A DNA stretch of 55,692 nt, the filler included, from Catajapyx aquilonaris (taxonomy: Eukaryota): assembly GCA_000934665.2 (NCBI GenBank). It is 3 parts of 3 records of this genome, joined end to end, with 100 filler letters (N's around TTAATTAATTAA, not from the genome) between each part and the next. Parts side by side here need not be neighbours in the genome. Positions count along the whole stretch, not along the records: positions 1 to 24,706 come from KZ539696.1; 2 more parts are not named here. The stretch is one strand, 5' to 3'. Numbering within the stretch: position 1 is the first letter of the stretch; each line of letters begins with the position of its first letter. A model generated the notes under the pieces. It had not been told where the DNA came from, did no database searches, and saw only the letters and a program-made list of their open reading frames with translations. Shown one piece after another: positions 1-12,700 of this stretch. Position numbers and translations under genes: made by a program.

Positions 1-176
1 CCCCCCCCCCCCCAATACTCCCCATCTCCATCCCTGTTATGTACCTTGGTGAATGGGATAGGTCATGCCACAACTTGCTACAAAAATCCTACTTACGACC
101 TTTAGTGACCTTTATGGTGATGAACAATTTCAGTCCTAGTTAATTTCCATCTGGTGCGTTAGGAAGATTACTAATA

Positions 177-1125
177 CTTGCCCAAACTCATAATTATTCG
201 GCCACCCCCAAGAAATGGAGTGGTGGGGTTATAAACAAGATGTGATTTAAAAAATTCTATTAAGATTATCTGGACTTTAGAATGGATAATTTTGGCTAAT
301 AACAATTGAGCTAGGAGAATACCCAAGTTGAAGTTAATTCGACAGTTAACAAACTGAAATAAATATGATTATACCGGTACCTTGGACAGTGAATTTCTGT
401 GGGGTGTGGTAAAAATTGCTGCAACTACATTTATTTCTTACTTAGCCAGATATAAATGTTGATAACGAACCTCAGGGACCACACACACCCAAAAACTGCA
501 TTGAAATTAATTACAAAAAAATTACCACGGAATTTAAAAATATTTATGACTAGTGGATTTTATAAGAAATCGATTCACTTTGCTGTAGTACCACATTTAA
601 CGGTGTTATTTATTAATAAATTAAAATGTGATAGTATTGTTTATTTAGAGCTCAGTCCAATGTGCTATGATAATAAATTTCAATTCAATGGGTGTAAAAT
701 GGCTTTAAAATTTCTTTAATTCAAAAATGCACAGAAAACTTCATATCTGCAAGCCATGATAATGTTTTAAAAATCTGTGGGAGATTTTTTGTAATTAATT
801 TCAATACAGTTTTTGGGTTTGTATGGCCCTTCAGGTTCGTTATCAACCTTTACATCCAGCTAAGTAAGAAATAAACATAGTGGCGGCAATTTTTATCAGA
901 TCCCACAGAAATTCACTGTCCAAGGTATAATAATATTTATTTCAGTTTGTTAACTGTCGAATTAACTTCAACTTTGATATCCTCCTAGCTCAATTGTTAC
1001 TATTCATAATAAATTATCCATGCTAAAGTCCACATAATCTTGATGGAAACTTTTTATCACATCTTGCTTATAACCCCACCACTCCATTTCTTGGGGTTGG
1101 CCGAATAATTATGGGTTTGGGCAAG
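177..1125. mobile_element. Long-TIR MITE (Tc1/mariner-like, non-autonomous)
   Basis: CTTGCCCAAACTCATAATTATTCGGCC... at 177 is mirrored by ...GGCCGAATAATTATGGGTTTGGGCAAG ending 1125. Imperfect inverted arms run ~370 bp; TA on both flanks (175-176, 1126-1127); no transposase ORF. Confidence 0.8.
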
Positions 1126-1293
1126 TAGATTGCAAAGAACAGTGGGAAACAAAATCAGACTGATGCACATCCCTCATAAAAACTTTGCCTAAATGCTGCT
1201 CCAGACTTGTCAGTGGGACAATGTTATTGTAGGGTATTGATGGTGAGAGTGGGAGGGAGAGAGAGTAGGAGAAACACTACCAGTAGTGTTTAA

Positions 1294-2049
1294 CCCTTTG
1301 TCTCCTGCGCGATTCTGAACTCTTCGCGTGGTGGTTTAAAAAGAGCGCCCTAGGTGAAAATCACGGGATCTGGCACCATTGGTTTCACTCTCGATTCATG
1401 CACATGAGGGGACTGAACAATGTGAGACATACCAACCTACTCTGCATATCGAGAGAGGGCAGCAACCGCCTCATAAACTATGCACAAGACGGTGATGGCA
1501 TCCTATTGCGTCATCTACACTGTTTTTTTAAGGCGTCTTCTACCCGTCTAAGAAATCCAAGATAATTCTATGTGGTTGCCCAGTTTCTCTGATGAATTAT
1601 GAAAACATTAAGTGCTCGCAAGGGACGTTTTCCAAGGGCCACTCACCGATTTTCTTGAAATTCGGTGCATAGACCTCTGCCCCCCTCAAAAATGGGTCAC
1701 AGGGTCATTTTGAGCAGGTAACTATAGTTGCGTTTTTCATCCCTTGGGGTGGGCTACCAATGCACCGAATTTCAAGAAAATCGGTGAATGGCACTTGGAA
1801 AATGTCCCAAGTTGTCAGGCCGTCTCAGGCAGGAGCAGCCTGTACAAGAACAGCCAGTCTTTATTTTTACCCCATTGCCGCCATTGGTGCAACCAGAGGT
1901 GCAAGCCAAATACATGGCAGTTGAGATACCATCCATGAAATGGAAGCTGAGGAGTTTACAAGTCACTGAAGTCGCTGCTGCCCTCTCCACAGGAAGAATT
2001 ACGCGGGCAAATCTCAAATCGTCATATGACGATCGTCGGCCTCAAAGGG
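1294..2049. mobile_element. Non-autonomous piggyBac-like element
   Basis: TTAA|CCCTTTG at 1290-1300 and CAAAGGG|TTAA at 2043-2053. Subterminal palindrome ATCGTCATATGACGAT; internal inverted repeat ~1628-1670 / 1760-1802. The terminal match is only 7 bp. Confidence 0.6.
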
Positions 2050-2739
2050 TTAAAGTGTGTGAGTGGGAAAGTGGTGATGAGACATTGGCTTTTCCTGCCT
2101 ACATAGTAATATTTCTGAGCATGTCCTGATTCACTTTTGGTACTGGAGTCAGTATTGGCAACTGCAGTGAGTAGTCAGTCATGATATTCCCGATCCCCTT
2201 TTGGAGGTGTAAACGTAGGGGTCATTCCGTGTCCAGAAAGCCCAAGGTGGTGATGGTGGCTTATTGACCTCCATGGAATTTAGTGAAAAAATCATTCAAA
2301 GACATACTCAACAGAGGATTGATGTCAAATCTGAAGTTTCATAATTTTGTGACAATGCTCATTGGACATACAGTTGTTTGAAAATGGTACTTGGAGCATA
2401 TTCAGCATGTCACTGCAATTTGTTAGCACAGTGTTAATTGTGACATGCATGATTTTACACATATCAAATTGAAAGAATCAGCATGAATTAAATATGATAG
2501 TGTATTGGGTAGGTGTTGCAGGTAACACCCACACATAAATGTGGAAGAAGGACTAAATCACCACATCACAACTCAGCATAACATGTAGGAAACATTTTTC
2601 TTTTATGACCTTGAAGCAATGGCGTGACCTCCTCAGAATGAGCCGGTTCAGTTTGAAATAAGAGAAATTCTTCTAATGGGAAATAATCTGAGTCAAAATT
2701 TGCAATGTTACACAAATTCAAAAGCTAAAGATGACTTGT

Positions 2740-3725
2740 TAATTTCAATGTGATGCTAAAAGTCCACTGTAGTTTCAAACCTCAGCTTACTGAACATTTG
2801 AAGCCCTTCCCAAAGATGTATGGGTCATGAACTTTCCCCTTCTAGTAAGGGAAGAATTATTTTTTTAAACCATACCTACACATGTATACAGTACTTTACA
2901 CCTGATATGAATTCACAACATGAGGATTTTGTTGTGATGAGTTCAGACCCCATACCACAATCCTCATGCTAGATGTCCTACATGACTGTGTAGGTAAGGA
3001 GTTAAAAATTTATCCCAACCCTTACTAGTAGGTAGGAGATTGTCAGAAGCATCATGTATCATTGGACAGGGCTTGAAAGGTCTTTTTAAGTAGGCTACAG
3101 TTGTGAAAAGTGAAATTGGACTAAGCACCATACGGAGCTTGATTTGCAGATATTTACATGGAGTATAATAATAATAATGGGTTTAGTGCTCCGCCCAATG
3201 GGCACCCTGCACAGTACCTTTATTTTGCTTAATAGTACAGCTAGTACAGTTGGTCCTTTGGCCGTAATGCCCGGGTACCGCGAGCGATAGGGAAGGTGAC
3301 GGGAGGGGATGTGCAATGTGCAAGTGCAATGACTGGCGTGGTTCATTTTGTGAACTCCCCCGGGTGGCTTAGTCTTTCGGAGATGCCACCCGAGACGAAG
3401 CCAGAGACGAACCCTTAACTCTGCACGAGATGAAGGGGGTGTCCCCGGGCTGGGATCGAACCCGGGACCTTAACATCAGTGGGCGCATACGTTACCGCAG
3501 CACCACTCCCCCTCCCCTACATGGAGTATAGCCCTACATGCTTATTTAGAAAAAAACGTTTTTGAAATTTAAATATTAATCTGATTAAAATGTTTAACGT
3601 TCCTTAAAAATCATTCTTCCCTTACTAGAAGGGGATAACAGATAGGACATCATTGGGCAAAGTTTAAAGTGTACTGTTACTTGAAGCATGAAAATATAAG
3701 GTGGACTTAGCACCACATGGAAATT
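2740..3725. repeat. Degenerate inverted repeat pair (old DNA transposon) enclosing a SINE
   Basis: CCCCTTCTAGTAAGGGAAGAATTATTTTT (~2836-2865) is the reverse complement of AAAAATCATTCTTCCCTTACTAGAAGGGG (~3606-3634); weaker similarity extends outward (GCTAAAAGTCCAC / GTGGACTTAGC). Confidence 0.5.
3168..3517 (-). mobile_element. tRNA-derived SINE, family A, (ATT)n tail
   Basis: Minus strand starts GGGGAGGGGGAGTGGTGCTGCGG (box A) ... GGTTCGATCC (box B) and ends ...GCACTAAACCC(ATT)n. 13-bp TSD TACATGGAGTATA at 3155-3167 and 3518-3530. Homologous to 22198-22559. Confidence 0.9.
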
Positions 3726-4361
3726 GGCAGGTATGATGTTGAAAATTTTTGGCAACATAGTCAATTTTCCATAAGCTTATTTTCCATTAAAAGCAATTTG
3801 TCAGATTTCAATCTGGTATGTGAACTGTATATTGGTGGTATATGAATTGCTGAGAGTGGGAAGGTCCCAAGCCTAACGTATTGCAAAATGAAAGTGTTGA
3901 TTAGGAAATGTTCTGCCCATGAAGGCGAGTGTCTAATATGATGACATCCTGCAGACACTAGACTGACTAGAGGAAGATCAGAGACCCAATGTGGAAACAG
4001 GCCATCTTGACCTACATAATATGTTTAGCCCAACAAAAAAGATCCCAACCTTGTGAAATGTAAAACAAATTTCAGTGACATGGGATTTGACGGGTGACCA
4101 GTCCTAATGAGAGGGTGCTGATTTCAGATCTGCTTTCCATTTTTCTATTTTGCATGAGGTTCTCTACAATGATAATTTGATTAGTTATACAATTACATTG
4201 CCTAAAATTGCCCAATAATAAAACAAGCAAATAATCCAATTTTATCAGAAGTGTTAAGGAAACAGAAAAACACCGCTTGTGTGTACTAGTGCCATTATAC
4301 AGGTATTGCAGAAAGAGACAAACTTTTATGGTGACCTCATGTGAGCCAGAGGAACACACTA

Positions 4362-4490
4362 TAGTTTGTTCAGCAAACGAATGCCATGACATCATTCTCT
4401 CTAACAATGAATGACAAGGAATAAGTCACCAGGCAACCTGCAAGTCATTCATTGTTAGAATGATACGGCATTCTTTCGCTGAACAAACTG
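4362..4490. repeat. Inverted repeat / small MITE remnant
   Basis: AGTTTGTTCAGC...CTAACAATGAATGAC mirrored by GTCATTCATTGTTAG...GCTGAACAAACT. Confidence 0.55.
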
Positions 4491-5192
4491 TATATAGGAG
4501 GGGGTCATTTGGTGTCCACAGCCTAGTTGCCAAGATAATGAGTTTTTCACCATGTAGCCTAGCATATCATGGAAGGTTTGCATTTATTCATTTTCTGGGC
4601 TCATCCAACCCTTCAGTGTCATTTGAGGCCGGCTTGTGCAAGGATTGGCTCTGCAGTGTAAATTCCTTTGCAGAATCATTGTAGAGTAGTGTATTTAGAG
4701 GCAGCATCATGACTGGTCTGAAGGCTGATAAGAGATTGATGGTACATGCAGAACAAGTGATTATTCCACAGAAGTGTTCTGGATGCGCCATAGTATGTTT
4801 CATGAGTTACCCAATCTTGTGGACAATAATTTTCCACTCACCCCTGTGATCCCATCTTCCAAGTTTTGAATGGAATCATACAGTCAAAAAGCCCATAAAA
4901 TGAGCGTTCTAGTTATGTGTATAACTCCCTGCACACTTTAAGATGAGGTGACAGGAGCATGTTAAAATTAGCATCCATGAAATTTTTTCCAATGCAGAGG
5001 TGACCTATCTTATGAAACATCAGTTGTGGAACCTGTTCTTTGCATGGCCTGTTTCCATGGTAATGTAATCCACAATGATCAGTCATTGTTGGGTTGTCAT
5101 GGAAACCAAACCTGGACAAACAAACATACCAACAAACTTTGCCCTTTATAATAATAGATATGTGGTCTTATTAATCATGAAATGGCTCTTTA

Positions 5193-5317
5193 GGGCCGGT
5201 TTCACCGAGCTCAGTATATGATAAAACCAGGGTATTTCTCAAAATCCCTATCTATTTGTATGGATTTTCCTAAAGAAACCTGGTTTTATCATATACCAAG
5301 CTCGGTGAAACCGGCCC
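5193..5317. mobile_element. PIF/Harbinger-type MITE (copy 1)
   Basis: TIR GGGCCGGTTTCACCGAGCT / AGCTCGGTGAAACCGGCCC, TTA TSD on both sides; near-identical copy at 33339-33465. Confidence 0.9.
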
Positions 5318-6339
5318 TTAGTGATGGGTTTGGAAGTGAACTGCTCCTATCAGCTGGAGTTACTCTTTTTGTGTTCCGTGTAAAGTCGAGGTGTGCGGAC
5401 ACATGGATCTGCCCAATTTCAGCAATTGATATGTAGGCTACAAATATATATTTAGTGAATATGACACTTCCCAATTCTGTAATTATGTACGAATTATGGA
5501 TTATGGGAACATCACTTTTTAATTATGCACTCATTCACATAAATGTAATAAACCATGCATCAGCCATTTACTGGAATGCAGGGTGGATAAATGTTTACAA
5601 ATGCATTCGTTTTGTAGCTTATGTAAAATTAAGTTAGTAATACGTACAGGATGAGCTAGAACACAGGACATCCAGTTGCCAGTGGATCAATTCACCCTAA
5701 TAATATGAAATAATTATGAAAGGTTGATAAACAAACTGATACTGATGTAGACAAATATGAACATTAATCATTATACTTGGGCTATGCTTGGGGGCAGGGG
5801 GGGGGGGGGNNNNNNNNNNNNGAAATACGTTTTAGGACATGATGCCATTCTTGTTGGCACCTGTGTCTAAGGGCCCCGTAATGTTCATCACCATATAATT
5901 ATGTTGTTAATAGTTGTCTATTTAGCATTTTTTACCCCTACATTTCACACTTGCTTTGGGTCAACTAGTCCATTGATGAATGGATGACCTGGCATTTTAA
6001 CTCATTCTGCATTGTTTATGTTATTACTGGTGGTTCTTTTTGACACAAGGGCCCTTAATTGAGGCAGGTTACTAGATTATACTGTATTCAGTTAACTTAG
6101 GAAATTTTAAAAGTTTATGGTTGCTAGGTTTTTTTTTTGTTTCTATTTTAAATACAAGAACAACACCCTCTTAGCAGGGCAGGGCAGAGAAAGTTCTTCT
6201 TGGGATGTTCTAAAAATTGGGTACCTCTTAAAGAGCTCAATGATTTTATTACATTTTTACAAATAATATTAAATATGATTTATATTAGTGATATAGGTAT
6301 GATATGTACCATTGAACTACACCTTTACTCTTTTGATAA

Positions 6340-7520
6340 ACCTTCGCCAGATGATTCCGATATGTGTGTAGGGTACATTGTGGGTTTTTGTTTTGTGGCT
6401 CTACTAGGTGTTACTGCAACAAGCTCTAGCATAGAAACCTGCCCTCTTATGTTCATTACTGTATACCCGAAAATACTCTGTGTAATGTAGCTCACATCTG
6501 TATCTGTTGAAATGGCGTGGACTCTCCTGTGACAAGTTGGTATTCCTGACTGCTAAATAGTCAGAAAAACAATGCGCATCCTACCCATTCAACCCTTTGG
6601 CAGCCACCCCCCCCCCCCCCAATTCGTCACTTCCTTTCCTCCTACAGGACTTTGTGGGCTTACATGACATTTATGCCAATGTGGATGCGAGCTCAATTAT
6701 GAAAGACACTGTATCACGGTTCATTAAGGCCCTACCATTTTCTAATATTCTAACTCAGAAATGTTGGCACAGCCAGTCAAACCTCCACACCTATACCCGT
6801 GCTATGGTTCACCATCAACTCCTGAACCCCCATCAGTGTGACATGCAGTAGGCCTATGTTATAGAAGGCTGATTTGCCACTTGCCAGGTGCGCTATAACC
6901 CTCATTATACAAAACCCTCCCCTCCTCCAGATCATAAAACTGCATCCTGGACAAGCCACTGTCCCCTGCTTTGTAATGGGAAAGTGCAATTACTTAAAAT
7001 GATGCCATGTCATTGTTCATCTCTGGTTTTATAGTATGAAAATCTCAAAATTGATGATGAGATGCCTATTACCTCACATTGTGTTGCTCTCAGATGGTTA
7101 CCAGTGTGTCATAAAGTACATATAGTTATTTACTTGGTTTTTATTCCTAGGCCCAAGCAAATGGCACAGTGTCATTAATATTCCATGATTGTGAACTTCT
7201 CTGCCACATTTTGCCTGAAAACTCATCCTTATTGCTGTGACAATCCCTGCAATCTGGGCCACCTGTACTACCCTAAGTGACCTGTCCTACAAGTATTAAG
7301 TTATTATTAGTCTGATTATAACTGGCGTTCGCATGACAATGACGTTGAACCCCATTTATGGTGGGATAATAACTAGGGATGCCTAGTTATGAATGGGTCC
7401 TCTGGTCAGAGACAGCACTGGACAGCGCATTTCTTGCAACAGATGGAATCACTTATATTGCATAAGTCATACTGAATGTTGTGATTGAGAGATAATTGAG
7501 CAAAAAAGTAGTTTGAGTGT
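6340..7520 (+). pseudogene. Degenerate hAT (ZMYM1-like) transposase fossil
   Basis: Interrupted fragments resemble hAT transposase motifs: DFVGLHDIYANVDASSIMKDTVSRF (~6648) and KLILIAVTIPAIWATC (~7219, dimerization-domain-like). Multiple stops and frameshifts; boundaries approximate. Confidence 0.35.
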
Positions 7521-9704
7521 TAAACCAAACTTTACAGCTCTTTATCTTGCTTTTGTAGTTCCTCTGAATATTATGGAGCAGTCAAAATGTGATGTTTGTG
7601 ACAGGGTTTTAAAATGTTAATAAAATATTTTGCTTTGCACTACTGCATTAATTAAATGCTTTTTCATGTTCATGTTTTATGAGTTCATGTTATTTTTGGC
7701 TTGCAAATTTTCCTTTTCAAGTATGCCAGTAAATATGAAAATAAGTTGCAATGGAAAATGCCCTGCACAAACCAAGTGATTGCCTGCAGTTCAGTTCAAG
7801 TTGTTACTAATGAGGTGGTACTTACAGCTTACTATTAGTGGAGGTCTTTCTCAAGGGCTAGTGTACAAGACGTTGAACATGTTACTAGCTAGCAGAGGGC
7901 TACTTGAATGACAAAAAACCACTGTATTAGTGTTGTGCAAAGCAGAAGCAAATGTGTAGATGTTTTACTAGTAAGAGACAGACAAGTCTAGGATTAAGCT
8001 TGTTGTTATTTTTGGGGGAAGCTTGTGATTTGGAAAGTAAATGATCTACAAGCAGAATACTACATTTGTAGTTAAGTAGAGACAATGGCTTGTGAAAGTG
8101 ATATCCCATTTTTATTTCTAGGCAGTGCATGACTTCATAAGGAAATGACTTGAGGCCAAATGGCATGATATTTCTATGGATAAGTGAGAAGAATAATACT
8201 GTCACTATTATTGTATGTGCACTGATCAGCATTGGTGACCCTTTTTTTTAAATGCACACAAGTGTCCAAAGTGTCCCTTTCAGCCACTTTTGATATACCA
8301 TTTGTGGAGTGATTTGGCCCTCTAGATCATGTAACCATTGTCCGTTGGACATGCCATGTAAATGCCAGAAGAATTTGTACGTTTTGTACAGCAAAATGTG
8401 AGGTTGTAAGTGTTGATGTGCCACATGCATGTCATCGGGTATTATTGGTTTACTTGAGCACTTCATGTTGTTGATGTTCAAAACTACAACCATACGTCAT
8501 GAATTGATGAAAATTTGTTCATAAGGCCATGATCATCATTTGGTGTTACTCCTGAACTTGTACATACCTCAGGGAATTTCGTAACCTATTATTTCTTGAC
8601 TTCATTATTGAAGAGAAATGCAACTTCTAGTGTTGGGTTCAAAAAATTTGCATTAAAGCTACCACATATGCAAAAGTTTCCTCTATTGGAGATTAGAAAT
8701 CTCATCAGGCTTGTCTACTACCAAACTCAAAATGCAATTGCAAATGTGAGTATTAATTCCAGTGACCACTTACAGACTGGTGAGATGTGCTACACCACAT
8801 GCTTTGTGTACAGTATATTAATAATGGAGGTGAAATGGCTGACATGTCTCCATTACAGCCCACCTTAAATTGTCATATTTTCTTCAAGACAATATAAAAG
8901 CATTGCAGAGTGGTTACCAGTGTGTGGTTTACAGTACAATGGTGTATCACAATGGCACACATGAATAGTTTTTAGACTTAGGGTTTTCCCAAAAACCTGT
9001 GTGGAAATATGACCGTATTTCAGTCTGTGGCACGTTGCTTTTGGAAAAAAAAAAACACTTGCTTTAGACAGAACATTTGTAGAAATGTAGATTATTATTG
9101 ATATAGTCTTGCTATTTGCTGATGCAGATGCAGCTTCTGAAGTAAAAATACTGGTATGAAAATGTGTGTTGCAATTATTGGCTTCATTCATGGTTTCTTC
9201 TTCAGTAATGTGACCATTTTGATGCCCCGCATTTACTGAGATCCAGGAGATTGTGATGATAACTACCTTCAACTGTAACTGTTGTGACAATGTCATGAGG
9301 GTAGACATGTTGCAAAATATGTGAAATAAGTTTAAAAGCAAGATTGATTGTTTTTTTATTTTCCAAATAATGGAATAATTATTGTAAACTTAACAAGCAT
9401 TCAAATGTTCACATTTTTCAGACGGAATTGGATGTTGCTGAACCTGATCTCACAAGTACAGTATGCCATAAAGCAGGGGTGGGCAAACTTGGAGAGCATG
9501 GGAAATGTGATAGTAGCCTGTTGGCCAACCCCTTTGCTGGACACAGAGGTTACCGCACCGCTGCAAACGTGTTTTGGCTCGATTCTAATCATTTTCTCTA
9601 CATCAAGGTGCAATACTTCAAAATGAGATAGTTAAGTTACACCTAATTTATTGCATGCTGTTACCCCTGGTTTGTGCAATTTTCTACTTGTGGTTACAAC
9701 GCGG

Positions 9705-12700
9705 TTAACGTTTGATTCCACCCTTGGAATTCTTTTCTTTGCCTCCTTTACCCAGTTGTGCCGACTTGTGCATAATCTTCCGGTATCCTCGACCGCGTTT
9801 GTGGAATTTGCTTTTGTCTCCTGCTCCGAACAGATACCCACGTGGATAATGAACGAGCCCTTGTACAAATTCAGCCGGGCGCAATTTCATTTCGGTAACT
9901 TTGATCGAATATGGATATCTCTCCTTCCAGGCCTCGTGTTTCACTCCGTAATCATTCTCCTCCAGATTCCAGGGCAAGATTAGGCCATTCAGGTTCACCT
10001 GGAAATTGATCCATGCATGAAATACTGCCACTTTACTAGCTCTCACTAATCCAAGATGCAGTGCTTACTTGGCGCGTTCTTTGTGCAAATAAATGTACTT
10101 TTTCCTCTCTTTAACTACGATTTTTAAAATGTGGTTGAGCCCATTGTTGCAGTAAGCCATTCAATTGTAGGAGACATTTGAAAGCTTTTTGAACATAATC
10201 CAATCACGAAACTTTTGCAGCATGTGAATGATCTTTGTGTTGGTGGAATCATTCATTACATGTCCATTGTAAGAATGCGCCAAGAAGCTTCAGGCTAAAT
10301 TTTGACCAGCAGTATAATACCGTTTCACATATGTTGCCTCTGTACCACCATCCGCACTTGGTGTTGAGACTACAGGGGACGTATTTGCTTCGGCCGTTGT
10401 TTCTGTCGCGGGTTGAAAAAGATGCGCCGTCTTGGGGTTCCAGGAAGTTTCCTATGTGGTATGAAGTAAAGTTTTAAAAATTTAGGCGTACGCACCTAAT
10501 TTAGGGCAATAATAATTCATATGCTGGGAATTCATTACCTGCATCTCCGGAGTATGTGTCAACGCTGAGGTAATATTTTGTTTCTTCACCACCAACAGAG
10601 AATCCGGAATACTGAGCATAACGTTGCTTCCCTTCCAAATCTTCCATGTCAATGCGAAGGTCAGTGTCCAACCCTTCGCTTGCCAGGACATGTAGGTTTT
10701 CCAGACCTGTAAAATGAGGCAGAATTGTTGAGACGATTGCGAACTTGAACCTGCCTGAAAGGTCTAACGAACTGTCAGCAAGGTGATACTATGATCAACT
10801 GTGATAAGTGAGGCTTTAGTGCATACACAGTACTGTACAGTACAACCTATGAGCCAACTCTGTGCCGCAGTACTGTACAACGAATAGTAAGTACAGTATT
10901 CGTTCAATTCTTCAATATGCCTGTAATATCTTCTGTAGAGGGAAACTACCGTTAATAAATACCGGTATACAGTATGTATTGCTTTTAACTCAATAGTAGC
11001 GAATTTGAAATGTGCAGTGCTAATGTAATGTACGTGTAATCATGTTGGTTACACAGGCACTATGCACATTGAAGACGATGCATATAATATCAGAAATAAA
11101 CAGCTTCTCGGATCTTGCGCGAATATCTGCAAGCCATATCTTGACGACTTCTTTATCCCCCTTGTTTTTCCAATATTATAATATTATGAACTGTGTGCCA
11201 CTATGGCACTGTCAAAAAGCTCATAGTGTCCACAACGAAGGACAGAAACTCAGTAAATGACTGAAGACGTTGCTGCTGCTGAATATAAGAATCGAATATT
11301 ATTATTATTATGGACTCCCGTTCTTTCATAATTATGTACCATGTGAGTACGAGAGTAGTACCACTACCTATATCAGACACGCATCACATTACAAGTGAGA
11401 ACGTGCTACAGTGGCACTCGCAGCATAAAACAAGCTTAATAATTTGAAAAGGAAATGGCCGCGATCACTATATACGGTCCCTATTGTGGTTCATTAACCT
11501 TCTTCTTTGTGGTGCCCAGGTGACACTGCAGGTGAGGTTGAAGGGGTTGATAAAGAGAGAGAAAACTCCACTTTTGACACTCTCGAGATGATCGAGAAAA
11601 CCGTATAATTATGGAATGGTAATTCTTAGCATAATTTTGTTTTCACTCGCCAATATTGTGTAACTTGACGTCCCTTGCCTAATTAAATATATAATGAAAT
11701 TCAAAATATTATGGACTTCAAAAATCTGCAACCCTTCTCTCCTTCTGGAACGGTGTTTCCCCTCAAAAAGCATTATCTCCAAGAACGTAACGTTTACTGA
11801 CATGATTGGGTATCTGTATAAGTTATACATTTAAAAAATACAAATTCTAGAAAAATCCATTCAAAACTAATTGACACATTGTAATAACGGATTCTTTATT
11901 GCAACACATTTCTATAAAAATGAATGCCTGACTTTATTTACGTCCACAGCAATTATTGAAGGCCTTTTAAAAATTTATCGCCATTAACATAGCTGACTTT
12001 GCCTACATCGTACATTGTCAAGGTGCTGCTCATTCTCCAGCTGCAGGGACTGAGAGGCAATAATATGTTGTTTCATACTGTAGGCTACTTTTTAAATAGA
12101 TTACTATGATTTTGATAAGGTCCAAATGACATCATTGTTACCATTGTAATATTATTGTTCTTGTTTAGCAGTGAAACAATGACGATGTCATTTAGAGCTT
12201 ATAAAAATCAGATTATACTATAAGAATCCATGCCCCAAATCACCCTCGGCGTACCGGCACTTGATTGCCGATATACTTCCGCGTCAGTTGGTGGAGGCGG
12301 GTGACTGACACCGAGTGGAGATAACCCTTTTTTTACGGTTCTAAAGAAACCTCTTTAACCCATTTTGGGTCAATCATTTGTACCATTTGATGAAGATTAT
12401 TTTCTTCATCGAGAATGTGGAATTAACACTAAATGAAATTTTTGGAGACATATTTTTATAAATAAATCCTGCAACATGCCATAATAATTATGGCAATTGC
12501 GCAAACCTGCCACTGCTGAGCCAAAATGATAATTTTCACAGAGAAACATATGATTTTTTAATTTCAGAAAATCCTGTCTTTGGTTCTATTGAAACATTCT
12601 CTTCGTAAGATCCCGCATATATAAACATATAGCGGAGCGGTTTTCAATTTGTCTTCAGCTACCTAGAGCATCTCTTCTCGCAGTTAAGTGCCTGAATCAC

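Noticed and set aside
3340..3420. HDV-like ribozyme in the SINE family A body (..GACTAAGCCAC..)
   Set aside because: GGGTGGC pairs directly with GCCACCC as a simple hairpin; no P1/P3/P1.1 nested pseudoknot could be built.
5110..5160. ACAAACAAACATACCAACAAACTTTGCCCTTTATAATAATAGAT resembling a Helitron/Helentron-associated element end
   Set aside because: Resemblance is from memory only, and no matching other end or second copy was found in the window.
7927..9631. Cluster of short ORFs, including a possible plus-strand exon from ~9423 and a hAT-like CAGGGGTGGGCAAACTT
   Set aside because: No consistent exon chain, no homology recognised and no partner TIR found.
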